Assembly: GCA_963754315.1 (NCBI GenBank)
Contig: CAVWFS010000007.1
Span: 128,001-192,000, forward strand
DNA: 64,000 nt
Source of the DNA: an uncultured Candidatus Rokubacteria bacterium
GTDB taxonomy: Bacteria > Methylomirabilota > Methylomirabilia > Rokubacteriales > CSP1-6
Direction of reading: 5' to 3'
In this document: positions 45,441-55,526 of the stretch, piece by piece
Layout of the letters: each line of letters starts with the position of its first letter
Numbering within the stretch: the first letter of the stretch is position 1
Position numbers and translations under genes: made by a program
The notes under the pieces: generated by a model
Told to the model about the DNA's origin: nothing
Seen by the model: only the letters and a program-made list of their open reading frames with translations
Database searches by the model: none

Positions 45441-46349
45441 CTATCTCGTCACCGCCCCAGCCGCGCCGGCAGGGGCCGGTGCGGCCACCCAACGCTGGCC
45501 CGGAAGCTGTCGGACCCAACCAGCGATCTCCAGATCCATCAAGGCCGCCGCCACCTGGGAGGCGCCCACCCCCTCTCCGATCAGCTCATCGATCTGCCTC
45601 GGCTCGCCCGTCGCCAGCAAGCTCAGCACGCGACCTGCCATGGTTCGATCCGACGGCGGGGACGATGCGCGAGGGCACGTCGAGGGGGCCCGCACGGCGC
45701 GACGCCAATGCTCCGGTAATTCTTGCACGACGTCCGCCCAACTCCTAACCAGTTTAGCACCCTCCTGGATCAGACGATGCGGCCCCAGGCTCATGGCGGA
45801 TGTGATTTTGCCTGGAACGGCAAATACTTCCCGCCCGAGATCGGCCGCCACACCGGCCGTGATGAGGGCCCCACTGCGCTCGTCGGCCTCCACCACGACG
45901 ACTCCTAGGGCCAGACCGGCCAGGGTTTGGTTCCGAAGCGGGAAACGCCAGGGTCGAGGCGTCGTACCCGGCGGGAACTGGGAGACGACGGCTCCCTGAC
46001 AGGCGATCTCCGCTGCGAGCCTGCGGTTCTCAGGTGGATAGATCACGTCGATACCGCTTCCGAGCACGGCAAGGGTTCGACCGCTGGCAGAGAGAGCCCC
46101 TCGATGCGCCGCACTATCGACACCGCGCGCGAGACCACTGACGATCGTGACTCCCCGTATGGCGAGCTCGGCCGCCAGGGTTTCCGCTACCTCAAGGCCA
46201 TAGGGTGTGGCCCGCCGTGATCCGACGATGGCGACCGCCAGACAATCTTCGGGTGTGACCGTTCCCCAGACGTACAGAGGCGGCGGAGACGGAACGGTGG
46301 CGAGGATTGCCGGGTACGTGCGATCGCCCGCGCGCAATGGGGTCATCAT
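45441..46349 (-). CDS. dprA: DNA-processing protein DprA (short form lacking the N-terminal SAM-like domain)
   Basis: AIVGSR, VSGLARGVD, FPLRN, VVEA..RSGALIT, FAVPG. Confidence 0.92.
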   Translation of the reverse strand: MMTPLRAGDRTYPAILATVPSPPPLYVWGTVTPEDCLAVAIVGSRRATPYGLEVAETLAAELAIRGVTIVSGLARGVDSAAHRGALSASGRTLAVLGSGIDVIYPPENRRLAAEIACQGAVVSQFPPGTTPRPWRFPLRNQTLAGLALGVVVVEADERSGALITAGVAADLGREVFAVPGKITSAMSLGPHRLIQEGAKLVRSWADVVQELPEHWRRAVRAPSTCPRASSPPSDRTMAGRVLSLLATGEPRQIDELIGEGVGASQVAAALMDLEIAGWVRQLPGQRWVAAPAPAGAAGAVTR

Positions 46350-46437
46350 GGCGTCCGGAAGTATATCGGGGGTCAAGCGGTGCGGGAAGTTTCCGAACAG
46401 ATACACCGCGACGCACGGGCCGCGGCATCAAGGAAAA

Positions 46438-47649
46438 TCAGAGACGAAGTGGCGTAAGTGGCCTGAGGACAATCACCTCTACACGATCGCCTTTCTCAAG
46501 CCGTGCCTCCGGGGCCAGCACGGCCAGCCCATCGGCCAGCACCATGGATCGCAGGATACCCGAGCCCTGGTCGCCGGTAAGCTGAGCGGCATAGTGATCG
46601 CCCGCGGGACTGACGGCCACTCGCAGGTAGCCGCGTCGCGAGCCAGGATTGGCGATGGGCCCGCTTGCCCGGGCCAGAATTCGCGGCCGATCAAGCACCG
46701 AGTGGCCCATCATCTTTCGCAGGGTGGGCCTGACGAACAGCTCGAAGGTCACCATGGCCGACACGGGATTGCCGGGCAGCCCGAAGACCGGACGACCCCG
46801 CAAGGTCCCAAAGGTGATCGGCTTGCCAGGTCGCATAGAGACACGCCACAGGTGAAGTTCAGCCCCGAGCTTCTCGAGGGCTCCCTTGACGAGGTCCAGG
46901 TCGCCTACCGAGACACCTGCTGACGAGACGAGCAGGTCTGCAAACCGGGCAGCGTTCAACCGTTCCTCGATGGATTCGAGATGATCGGCAACGACCCCGA
47001 GATTGACCGCCTCGGCTCCCGCGTCCAGGGTTTGCGCCGTCAGCGAGTAGGTGTTGGTGTTCGGAATTTGTCCTGGACCTGGCTCATGTCCAAGATCGGC
47101 GAGCTCGGTACCTGTCGACAGGATGGCTACGCGAGGCCGACGGCCCACGCGAACCTGCGGCCACCCGAGGGTGGCCAGCAATCCAATCTCGGCGGGGCCG
47201 ATCACTCGGCCAGCGGTAAGCAGGGTCTCGCCGGGGCGAACGTCCTCGCCCCTGGGCCGAACGTAGGCGCCGGTCTCCACCGCCTGAGAAACGACGATCC
47301 GGTCGCCATCGACCTGGATGTCTTCTTGGGGAATAACTGCATCGGCTCCCGGAGGCATGGGTGCGCCCGTGAAGATCCTCACCGTTTCGCCGGGACGAAC
47401 CTCACGATCCGGCAGGGCGCCCGCCGCCACGCGCCCGACCACGGCCAGGCCAACACGCCCTCTCTCGGTGTCGGCGGCGCGGACGGCATAGCCATCCATG
47501 GACGAGTTGGGCCACGGGGGAATCTCGCGAGTCGAGACGACAGACTCGGCCAGCACCCGCCCCAGCGATTGGACAATGGGTACCCGCTCGGCGGGCAGGG
47601 CCCGCACTCGCCCGAGAATCTGCTCGAGAGCCTCCTCGACGCTCAGCAA
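46438..47649 (-). CDS. moeA: Molybdopterin molybdenumtransferase
   Basis: SSMDGYAV, IFTGAP, STGTEL, GVSVGD.D, MRPGKP, GLPGNPVS. Confidence 0.95.
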   Translation of the reverse strand: MLSVEEALEQILGRVRALPAERVPIVQSLGRVLAESVVSTREIPPWPNSSMDGYAVRAADTERGRVGLAVVGRVAAGALPDREVRPGETVRIFTGAPMPPGADAVIPQEDIQVDGDRIVVSQAVETGAYVRPRGEDVRPGETLLTAGRVIGPAEIGLLATLGWPQVRVGRRPRVAILSTGTELADLGHEPGPGQIPNTNTYSLTAQTLDAGAEAVNLGVVADHLESIEERLNAARFADLLVSSAGVSVGDLDLVKGALEKLGAELHLWRVSMRPGKPITFGTLRGRPVFGLPGNPVSAMVTFELFVRPTLRKMMGHSVLDRPRILARASGPIANPGSRRGYLRVAVSPAGDHYAAQLTGDQGSGILRSMVLADGLAVLAPEARLEKGDRVEVIVLRPLTPLRL

Positions 47650-47662
47650 GTTCGTCTATCTA

Positions 47663-47822
47663 ATGGGGGGCCCCGACATGGCCCCCCATACCCCCCACGT
47701 TCGGAGCGGCCCGGGGGACCCGGGACGCTCCTCTGATCTACGTTCGCCTTCTGGGGCCCCGACATGGCCCCCCATACCCCCCAACGTTCGGAGCGGCCCG
47801 GGGGACCCGGGACGCTCCTCTG
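47663..47822 (-). repeat. Two tandem copies of the two-hairpin repeat family upstream of moeA
   Basis: 47663-47735 and 47753-47822; minus strand CAGAGGAGCGTCCCGGGTCCCCCGGGCCGCTCCGAACGTGGGGGGTATGGGGGGCCATGTCGGGGCCCC. Confidence 0.92.
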
Positions 47823-47861
47823 CTCTTGTGCTTCCCTTCTGTTGCTCACGTGGCTTCTATC

Positions 47862-48932
47862 TTAACGGAAGAACCAGCGTCGGCTCAGCAAGAACAGGCT
47901 CAGAAAGCCGAGGGTGATAGCAATGTCGCGAAGCCGGAAGGGTAAGCCCAGCTCCGAGGAGACGGCGGGGAACACCAGGAACACCCGCTCCAGGAAGATG
48001 GCCACCAGGCCCATCACCGCCACCACCACGAGCGGTGTGTGGCGCTGGGGGGGGCGACCGGTGAGGCGCACCAACAGATACGCGAACGGGATCAGCCAGC
48101 CCACGATCAGCACCACCCAGCCCAACGTCTGCCAGGGCTGCACGAAGACGCGCTTGATGAAGAAGCGGATCTCAATGGGCACATTGCCATACCAGATCAC
48201 GAGGTACTGCGACCAGAAGAAGTACATCCACATGATGGACATGGCGAACTGCAGTTTGGCCACGTCCTGGATGGCGGCGGGAGGAATGGCGATCTGCCCA
48301 CGCGCGTTGGCCTGCACGGAGAGGATCGACAGCAAGGCAAACCCCGTATACAGCGTGCTGACCGCGAAGTAGCCGCCGAAGAGCCCGCTGTACCACTTGG
48401 GGTCGATGGACATGATCAGATCGAAGCCCCACAGGCTCAGGGTGAGGAGCCACAGGATCAGCAGAACGACGGCCAAGGCATTGCGCCGTCCCCGTTCTCG
48501 GTCTGCATCGGCCGGTGCCGGATCGCGGAGGAGGGCCTTGACGAAGACGAAACACGTGATGAAGAGCAGGGCGGCCAGCACGACTGTCCGACCCCAGAAG
48601 AAGGGCGTGTTCAGCCAGAACGCCTTCACCGGTATGGGTGTGCGTACCCATCCGTAGAGCGTCGCCCGCCCCGCGAAGAGGACGAGGAGCAGCACGAAGG
48701 CCACCGGCAGGAATCCGGCGGTGGTGAGCGCGATGCGCCGTACGCCTAGTGACCATCGGGCCTCTGTGAGCTGCATCATGCTCGCGATGGCGGGACCCGT
48801 CACGGCCAGGCCCGACCAGAACACCACATTGACGAGATAGATCGACCAGGCGCCCGCCGGGTCAGCGGAGAAGACGCCGACGATGAACGCGAGGGCGCCG
48901 AGCGTGGCCAGCACACCCCACAGGACGGTCAT
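47862..48932 (-). CDS. actF: Alternative complex III membrane subunit ActF
   Basis: About 10 TM; DLIMSIDPKWYS..FG, WMYFFWSQYLVIWYGN; follows actE. Confidence 0.85.
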   Translation of the reverse strand: MTVLWGVLATLGALAFIVGVFSADPAGAWSIYLVNVVFWSGLAVTGPAIASMMQLTEARWSLGVRRIALTTAGFLPVAFVLLLVLFAGRATLYGWVRTPIPVKAFWLNTPFFWGRTVVLAALLFITCFVFVKALLRDPAPADADRERGRRNALAVVLLILWLLTLSLWGFDLIMSIDPKWYSGLFGGYFAVSTLYTGFALLSILSVQANARGQIAIPPAAIQDVAKLQFAMSIMWMYFFWSQYLVIWYGNVPIEIRFFIKRVFVQPWQTLGWVVLIVGWLIPFAYLLVRLTGRPPQRHTPLVVVAVMGLVAIFLERVFLVFPAVSSELGLPFRLRDIAITLGFLSLFLLSRRWFFR

Positions 48933-49435
48933 TTTCCGGCGAGCGCCCTCAGGTAGTTGACGATGTCCCAGGCCTCATGGGAGGAGAGTGCGTCGCCGTA
49001 GGACGGCATGACCGCCCCCCCCACCATGATGTAGCTGTGCCAGTAGCCGTCGGTGCGGGCCTTCTGGAACTCGACGTTGGTCAAGTCAGGTGGCGGAATG
49101 AACTTGACGGCCACGGGACCGGTCACGCCGCCCTTGGCCTCCGGCCCGTGGCAGGGCAGACAAAACGTTTGATAGCGCTCGCGTCCAACTGCGAGCGACA
49201 CCTCGGTAGGCTTGATAGGGTTCGGCACCTTGGCGGCGAGGTCCCGCTGCTCCCGGGAGTAGAGGAAAGCCCCGCCGCGGGGCACGCTGCCGAGGGGCAT
49301 CGGGAACACCCGTTCCCCCGGATTGATACGGGGCGAGTCGGTCATGTTGTTGGACCACCGCACGACGACGGCCGCTCCCATGAGGCCGCCCGCTCCGCCC
49401 AGCACCAAGAGAGCCAACATGAAGACGTACTTCAT
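48929..49435 (-). CDS. actE: Alternative complex III monoheme cytochrome c ActE
   Basis: MP.GSVPRG, NP....SL..G..RY..FCLPCHG, MPSY, W.IVNYLR. Confidence 0.85.
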   Translation of the reverse strand: MKYVFMLALLVLGGAGGLMGAAVVVRWSNNMTDSPRINPGERVFPMPLGSVPRGGAFLYSREQRDLAAKVPNPIKPTEVSLAVGRERYQTFCLPCHGPEAKGGVTGPVAVKFIPPPDLTNVEFQKARTDGYWHSYIMVGGAVMPSYGDALSSHEAWDIVNYLRALAGK

Positions 49436-49436
49436 G

Positions 49437-49949
49437 TCAGGGCCGGACCTCCTCCGCGCCCGCCGTCCGCAGAATGTCCCGCACAGATCCCGCCCGCTCG
49501 GGCGCGCAATGCACAGCCACTCCGAAGCGGTCGTTCGTGAAGCGCGGATCGTAGGTGGGCGAGGGCTTGAAGCGCGGCAGGCGCCCGAGAACGACCATGC
49601 CGATGAGCGTCGCGATCCCCCCGAACAGAATGGTCAGCTCGAAGGCAATCACCACGTAGGGCGGGACCGACATCGGCTGCTTGCCGCCTACCGTGAGTCC
49701 CCACACCATCGACGACCACATGGTCAGAAAGAAACCAGACAGAGTCCCGGTGAGCGCACCGATGAGCGTGAACAGGCGCACCTTGCTCACGGGCCGGTCA
49801 CGCTCGATCACGTCCTCGATCTCGTGGACGGGAAGGGGCGTGTACACAGTCAAATCGTGATAGCCCTTGGCCTTCAGCTCCTCCAGCGCGCGCACGGTCG
49901 TGTCGACGTGCGCGAAGACGCCAAGGACGCTCTCAGTGGTGGCGGCCAT
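49437..49949 (-). CDS. actD: Alternative complex III subunit ActD (DUF3341)
   Basis: YTPLPVHEI, VGGK, IAFELTILF, YDPRFT.DRF. Confidence 0.88.
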   Translation of the reverse strand: MAATTESVLGVFAHVDTTVRALEELKAKGYHDLTVYTPLPVHEIEDVIERDRPVSKVRLFTLIGALTGTLSGFFLTMWSSMVWGLTVGGKQPMSVPPYVVIAFELTILFGGIATLIGMVVLGRLPRFKPSPTYDPRFTNDRFGVAVHCAPERAGSVRDILRTAGAEEVRP

Positions 49950-51285
49950 GGCGTGTGTCCTTCATGGGAGCCGGGATCGTTTCCTTGACCTCGACGATCG
50001 AGACCGAAGGCATCAGCTTGATGAAGGCCAGGAAGAGAAGGAAGAACCAGGCGAAGCTTCCGATGACGATCATGGTGTCGGTCAGAGAGGGCACGTAGAT
50101 ACCCCATGCGTAGGGGTAGAAGCCGTGGGCGAGGGACGGCACGATGATGTTGAACCGCTCGAACCACATTCCGATGAGGACGAGAATGGACACCACGTAG
50201 AGAATCACCACGTTCGTCCGCGCCTTCTTCCAGAAGAGGATGAGGGGCGCGACACAGTTGCAGAAGTACATGAGCCATAGGGCCCACGCGTAGGTTTCCG
50301 TGATCCGCCAGAAGAGCGAGGCCTTCTCGAAATGATCGCCGCTGTACCAGGCGGTAAAGATCTCGCAGACGTAGAAGTAGGTCAGGACCAGGCTGGTCAC
50401 CAGGATGAGTTTGGCCACCGCGTCCAGATGGCGATCGGAGATGTAACGGTGCAGCTTGAAAAAGTGCCGCATGGGAAGGACCAGCACCACGACCATGGCA
50501 AAGCCAGAGAAGATGGCACCGTTGACGAAGAACGGGGCGAAGAGGGTGGAATGCCAACCCGGCACCAGAGCCATGGCGAAATCCCAGGACACCACGCTGT
50601 GCACGGACAGGACGAGGGGAGTCGCCAGAGCTGCGAAGAGCCCGTAGGCGCGCCGGTAGTGGCGCCACTGCGAATCCGCGCCCTCCCACCCGAGGGCGAG
50701 CATCCCGTAGATCCGTCGTCGCCACCCGGTGGCGTTGTCGCGCAAGGCGGCGATGTCGGGCACGAGACCGGTGATGAAGAAGACGGTGCTGATGCTGAGA
50801 TAGGTCGAAATGGCAAAGACGTCCCACACCAGGGGCGACTTGAAGTTAGGCCAGAGATAGCGTTGGTTGGCGTAGGGCAGCAGGAAATAGGCGAACCACA
50901 TGCGCCCGGCGTGGATGAGCGGGAACAGCCCCGCCGTGAGAACGGCGAAGATGGTCATGGCCTCCGAAGCGCGATAGATGGAGGTGCGCCACCTGGCCCG
51001 GAACAGGTAGAGGACGGCCGAGATCAGGGTTCCCGCGTGCCCGATCCCGATCCAGAACACGAAGGTCGTGATGTACATCGCCCACATCTGGGGTGTGCGC
51101 TTGCCCGCCGCGCCCATCCCGAACCAGATCTGGTATGTCCAGGCCAGGACGCCGCCGGTCAGGATGAGCACCACCACGCACATCCACGCGAAGTAGAGGT
51201 TCCCGGGCGGGCGAAGCGTCTGCTCGACATCACGATTGACGTCGGCATAGGTGGGGGCCACCGTTGCGTGAGGGACCACGCTCAC
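49933..51285 (-). CDS. actC: Alternative complex III quinol-binding subunit ActC (NrfD family)
   Basis: FVFWIGIGHAGTLISA, RASEAMT, NFKSPLVWDVFAISTY, LSVHSVVSWDFA, GMWFERF. Confidence 0.92.
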   Translation of the reverse strand: MSVVPHATVAPTYADVNRDVEQTLRPPGNLYFAWMCVVVLILTGGVLAWTYQIWFGMGAAGKRTPQMWAMYITTFVFWIGIGHAGTLISAVLYLFRARWRTSIYRASEAMTIFAVLTAGLFPLIHAGRMWFAYFLLPYANQRYLWPNFKSPLVWDVFAISTYLSISTVFFITGLVPDIAALRDNATGWRRRIYGMLALGWEGADSQWRHYRRAYGLFAALATPLVLSVHSVVSWDFAMALVPGWHSTLFAPFFVNGAIFSGFAMVVVLVLPMRHFFKLHRYISDRHLDAVAKLILVTSLVLTYFYVCEIFTAWYSGDHFEKASLFWRITETYAWALWLMYFCNCVAPLILFWKKARTNVVILYVVSILVLIGMWFERFNIIVPSLAHGFYPYAWGIYVPSLTDTMIVIGSFAWFFLLFLAFIKLMPSVSIVEVKETIPAPMKDTRHGRHH

Positions 51286-54179
51286 GTGTGACTCCTGACC
51301 ACCTTCTTGAGATACGTCACGGAAGGCCGGGTCCCGATCTCTTCCAGCACGTGGTAGGCGCGCGGGGAGTGGGACAGTTTGCTGACCTCGCTCGCGTCGC
51401 TCTTGAGATCTCCGAAGCTGATGGCCCGCGTGGGACAGGTCTGCTGGCAGGCGGTCAGGATGTCCCCGTCCCTGACTGGCCGCTTCTCGTCCCGTGCGCG
51501 ATCCTTGCCAGCCATGATGCGCTGCACGCACATGGTGCACTTCTCCATGACCCCGAGCTGGCGCACGGTGACGTCGGGATTGAGCTGCACCTCCAGGGGC
51601 GCCGGAAACTCGTAGTTGAACCAGTTGAAGCGCCGGACGTGATAGGGGCAGTTGTTACCACAATAGCGGGTGCCCACACAGCGGTTGTAGACCTGCGCGT
51701 TCAGTCCTTCATCGGTGCGGTACGCCGCGAACACCGGGCACACCGGCTCGCAGGGCGCGACCTCGCAGTGCTGGCAGAACATGGGCAGGAAGGCCTGCTC
51801 GGGGTGTTCCCCCTTTCCCTCCTCCCACCGCTCGATGCGCAGCCACTGCAGCTGGCGACCGTAGGCGGCCTGGGCCTTACCGACGATGGGCACGTTGTTC
51901 TCGGCCTGGCAGGCCGCCACGCACGCCTGACAGCCCACGCAGGCGTCCACGTCGACGGTCATCCCCCATCGATACCCGGGATACTTCTGGGCCGGGTAGA
52001 GACTCGGCAGGTCGTGACCCATCATCTTTCCGCGCAGGGCCTGCTCGCGGGCTGCCCGCAGATCGACGTGTTGAACGATCTCGCGCTCGTCCTGGTCGTG
52101 GGTGCCCTGCAAGATGGCCAGGGGTCTTCGCGCCCCGGTCTTGGCCAGGGTGACCTTGGTGCCTAGGTAGAGAGGGCCTCCGGACGCACCTTCTGATGCC
52201 GCCGGCAGGAGGGCGACTGGATTCAGTCCCGTCGATGAAGCGGCCACGTAGCGACCGAGCTGGAAGGGCGCGTATCGGTGACCAACAGGAATGGCCACCG
52301 TCCCCGGGTGAATCGAGGCTGATACAAACGCGGGCAGCTCGAGGGCTCCGTGGGGCGACGAGACCCGGAGCACGTCGCCCTGGGCAATATCGAGTTTGCG
52401 AGCCGCTTCGGCGGGCACTTCCACCCAGGCGTCCCAGACCGACTGTGTCATCGTGTCGGGCGTTTCCTGCAACCAGGAGCTGGAGGCGCTTCGGCCGTCG
52501 TAGAAGCGGAATGAAGGATACGCCCACAGTGTGAACCCGCCGGGATCGCCCTCAAGTTTTGGCGGAGCCACATCGAGGGCAGCCACCTTGAGGGTCACAG
52601 CGGCCGGCGATACGTCCTTCCACGCGCCGCCCTGTTGGAGGGCGGCTGCCCACTGACCCGGCAACGCTGCCTCCCAGGTTTCCCGCACGTACTGTCCGGT
52701 GGTGCCCCATGGGAGCGGGCCCTTGCCTTCCTCCGCTCCCAACACGGTTCGCGCGAGCCCGAGGAGGACGTCGGTCATCTGACGGGAATCACGGATGGGG
52801 GCCATGGTCGGTTGCATCAATCCGACGACCCCTTCGCGCGGCGAATAGTCACCCCAGGACTCGAGCCAATGCGTATCCGGCAGGACCAGATGAGCGAGGG
52901 CAGTCGTCTCGTCGGGCTGGTTCGCGAAGCTCACGACCATCCCAACTTTTTTGATCGCGTCCCCTACCTTGAGGCCGCCCGGCAATGTGAACGCGGGGTT
53001 CACCCCTGGACCGAGCAGGAGCAACTCGATCTCCCCCTTGCCCATGGCCTCTACCAGACCGGCCACCTCCACGTACGGCGTTACCTTCGCGTAGGCGGAA
53101 TCGGGGCCGAAGCGAACGGTTTTTCCGACGTTGCCCGCGGCGGCGTTCAGCATGTTGATGGCGGCCAAGGTGGCGGTGGCGTTCGATCCGAGGGTCGCCA
53201 TCCCCCCGCCGATGGCGAGGCCAGGCTTGGCCCGCGCGAATAGCTCGGCGACGTGCTTGATGGTTGCCACCGAAACACCGCTGGCCCTGGACACAGCGTT
53301 GACGCTGACACTCTCGACGAGCTCCCCCAGGCGCCGGTCGGCCAGGTCTTCGTCGACCATCACCTTCAGGATAGCCAGTGCGAGCTGGCCTTCCGTGCCC
53401 GGCGCGTTACGGATCCACTCGTCTGCGTTGGAGGCGGTCAGCGACTGGCGTGGCTCCACGTGGATGACCGTACCGGCACGCCCCTCACGGAAGGTGTGCA
53501 TCCGGGCGAAGCCACTCGAGGTCTCGACGTTGGACAGCCACGTTTCCGTCCAGTCGGCGCCGAAGCTCAGGATTACCTCTGCCTCCTCGAACGCATACTG
53601 TGGAATCGCATCCCGGCCGAAGACTTGGCGGCTGGCCGCCCGCAGGGCCTCGTACCCAAAAGGTTCCACGGCCACCCTCGGCCGCGTTCCCAGGGCCTGC
53701 ACCCACCGATCGAGGAGGACACCAGTGCTGGCCGTCTCGAGCTGAGTCACGAGCGCCACACTTCGGCCTTTGCCCGCTTGACGCAGAGCGGCCACACGGT
53801 CACCGACGAGCTTGATTCCCTCCTCCCAGGCGAGAGGCTTGAGGACCCCACCGTCGCGCCGCTGCGCGCCGCCGAATCGATCGGGGCTATACAGCCTTTG
53901 GACACCCGCCTGTCCGCGCACGCAGAGGGCGCCTCGATTGACCGGATGCTCGGGATTGCCCTCCACCTTGATGATGCGACCCTCGCGATTCTTGGCCAGC
54001 ACGCCGCAGCCGGCAGGGCACTCTCGACAGACCGTGGCGAAGTAGGAGGCTACCCCTGGCACGATCTCGGGGTTGGGCGTGACCATGGCCAGAATGGTCT
54101 CGCTCGTCTGCTGGCACCCGCCGGTGGCAGCCGCTGCCCCGGAGGTCGTGATGATCTTGAAGAAGTCGCGACGATTCAT
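51282..54179 (-). CDS. actB: Alternative complex III subunit ActB (molybdopterin-oxidoreductase-like plus Fe-S fusion)
   Basis: Tat signal NRRDFFK and lipobox Cys; C-terminal CVGCQACVAAC, CQHCEVAPCEPVCP, YNRCVGTRYCGNNCPY, EKCTMC. Confidence 0.9.
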   Translation of the reverse strand: MNRRDFFKIITTSGAAAATGGCQQTSETILAMVTPNPEIVPGVASYFATVCRECPAGCGVLAKNREGRIIKVEGNPEHPVNRGALCVRGQAGVQRLYSPDRFGGAQRRDGGVLKPLAWEEGIKLVGDRVAALRQAGKGRSVALVTQLETASTGVLLDRWVQALGTRPRVAVEPFGYEALRAASRQVFGRDAIPQYAFEEAEVILSFGADWTETWLSNVETSSGFARMHTFREGRAGTVIHVEPRQSLTASNADEWIRNAPGTEGQLALAILKVMVDEDLADRRLGELVESVSVNAVSRASGVSVATIKHVAELFARAKPGLAIGGGMATLGSNATATLAAINMLNAAAGNVGKTVRFGPDSAYAKVTPYVEVAGLVEAMGKGEIELLLLGPGVNPAFTLPGGLKVGDAIKKVGMVVSFANQPDETTALAHLVLPDTHWLESWGDYSPREGVVGLMQPTMAPIRDSRQMTDVLLGLARTVLGAEEGKGPLPWGTTGQYVRETWEAALPGQWAAALQQGGAWKDVSPAAVTLKVAALDVAPPKLEGDPGGFTLWAYPSFRFYDGRSASSSWLQETPDTMTQSVWDAWVEVPAEAARKLDIAQGDVLRVSSPHGALELPAFVSASIHPGTVAIPVGHRYAPFQLGRYVAASSTGLNPVALLPAASEGASGGPLYLGTKVTLAKTGARRPLAILQGTHDQDEREIVQHVDLRAAREQALRGKMMGHDLPSLYPAQKYPGYRWGMTVDVDACVGCQACVAACQAENNVPIVGKAQAAYGRQLQWLRIERWEEGKGEHPEQAFLPMFCQHCEVAPCEPVCPVFAAYRTDEGLNAQVYNRCVGTRYCGNNCPYHVRRFNWFNYEFPAPLEVQLNPDVTVRQLGVMEKCTMCVQRIMAGKDRARDEKRPVRDGDILTACQQTCPTRAISFGDLKSDASEVSKLSHSPRAYHVLEEIGTRPSVTYLKKVVRSHT

Positions 54180-54183
54180 CGGC

Positions 54184-54774
54184 TCAGTGGTGACAGCTCA
54201 CGCAGTCGAGCGGGGCCTTCGTCCCCGCCGTCGCGTTTTGCTGCCGGTGGCAGTCGACGCACCACCCCATCGTCAATAGCGGTGGCGGCGGTCTCAGCCC
54301 AACCAGGTTGAGCAGATCGTTGGAGAGGCGTGGCCCGGTGCTGGCGACCGCGGTGGTCATGTCCTGGATGGGGCCGTGGCAGGTCTGGCACGTGACACCG
54401 GCCCGCACGTGCGGCTTGTGCGGAAAATACGTGAACTCCGGCACTTTGAACACGCGCGTCCACGGAATCGGCTCCTGCTTGGTCCAGTACTCGGTGAGCT
54501 TCTTGATTTCCGGCTTATCCGACGCCGTGATCTTGTGGCAACCCATGCACTTGGCCACACTGGGCAGACCCGCAAACTCCGAGCGACGCGCGTCAGTGTG
54601 GCAGTACTGGCAATCGATCTTGTACGTCTGCACGTGAACGTTGTGGGGAAAGTTGATGGGCTGCGGTACGGCGACCGCCGCCGCGGGCCGGCGGCCCCAC
54701 GAGGACAACGCGGTGAAGATCAGGAGGGCGAGCAGCACCAAGCCGAGGGCACCGACGCCCACCTTTGCTCTCAT
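54184..54774 (-). CDS. actA: Alternative complex III pentaheme cytochrome c ActA
   Basis: N-terminal TM, QPINFPH..H, five CxxCH (CQYCH, CMGCH, CQTCH, MGWCVDCH, CVSCH). Confidence 0.9.
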   Translation of the reverse strand: MRAKVGVGALGLVLLALLIFTALSSWGRRPAAAVAVPQPINFPHNVHVQTYKIDCQYCHTDARRSEFAGLPSVAKCMGCHKITASDKPEIKKLTEYWTKQEPIPWTRVFKVPEFTYFPHKPHVRAGVTCQTCHGPIQDMTTAVASTGPRLSNDLLNLVGLRPPPPLLTMGWCVDCHRQQNATAGTKAPLDCVSCHH

Positions 54775-54848
54775 CGATCGTCTGCAAGGGCCTCCGCGGG
54801 ATGACGAAGCTTGTGAACTCTATCACCAGCGCCGAAACGAAGTCAACC

Positions 54849-55259
54849 CTAACGCTCGATCGAGCGCGGCGGAACATGGACCACCTCGAGCTTGATCCGA
54901 TCCGGATCCTCGAAGAACACTGCGTAATAGCCGGGCGCGTACTCTGGATACTCGCGGGGGCCGCCGTAGAGAACCGGCACGTTGCGGCCCAGCAGGAATT
55001 GAGCGTGGAACGTGTTGACATCACCGCCGGTGCTCACCCGGAAGGCCAGGTGGTTCACGCCCGTCGCCTGCCGGTGAAACCGATGCGCGCGGATTGCCCC
55101 CATGATCCAGATGTCCGTGGTGCCGTCACTGACGCCCAGGGTGTCGGGCTCGGCCACTATGATGCGGTACTCCAGATACTCGAACAGCTCGCGATAGAAC
55201 GGTATCGACTGCGCGACGTCGCCAACATTGAGCTGGATGTGGTAGAGGACGGATTTCAT
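54849..55259 (-). CDS. VOC/glyoxalase family protein
   Basis: HIQLNV.D....FY, G.NHLAF, YYAVFFEDPDRIKLE. Confidence 0.88.
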   Translation of the reverse strand: MKSVLYHIQLNVGDVAQSIPFYRELFEYLEYRIIVAEPDTLGVSDGTTDIWIMGAIRAHRFHRQATGVNHLAFRVSTGGDVNTFHAQFLLGRNVPVLYGGPREYPEYAPGYYAVFFEDPDRIKLEVVHVPPRSIER

Positions 55260-55264
55260 TTGGT

Positions 55265-55337
55265 ATGGGGGGCCTCGAAAGGGCCCCCCAGGCCCCCCGG
55301 CGCTCGGTGGGCCCTGGGGGACCCAGGGCCCACCTCG
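55265..55337 (-). repeat. Divergent copy of the two-hairpin repeat family just upstream of the VOC gene
   Basis: Minus strand GAGGTGGGCCCTGGGTCCCCCAGGGCCCACCGAGCGCCGGGGGGCCTGGGGGGCCCTTTCGAGGCCCCCCAT. Confidence 0.8.
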
Positions 55338-55353
55338 GGGAAGCTTGGTGATT

Positions 55354-55515
55354 GGGAGGTGTGACGGCACGTGTTGACGCGCGTCGAGGGACCCGTGTAC
55401 CGAGGGCGAGCTGGCTCTGGGGAGGTGTGACTGGACGTCTTGATGCGCGTAGCGGGACGTGCACACCGAGGGCGAGCTGGTAACTGGAAGTATGACTTCA
55501 CGTTTGGCGCGGGTC
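55354..55515. repeat. 66-bp degenerate tandem repeat (about 2.4 units)
   Basis: GGGAGGTGTGAC at 55354 and 55420 (GGAAGTATGAC at 55486); CCGAGGGCGAGCTGG at 55400 and 55466. Confidence 0.8.
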
Positions 55516-55526
55516 GGGGTCCTGGG

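Noticed and set aside
55354..55515. CRISPR array
   Set aside because: Fewer than three units, inter-block sequences are mutually similar, and there are no cas genes in the window.
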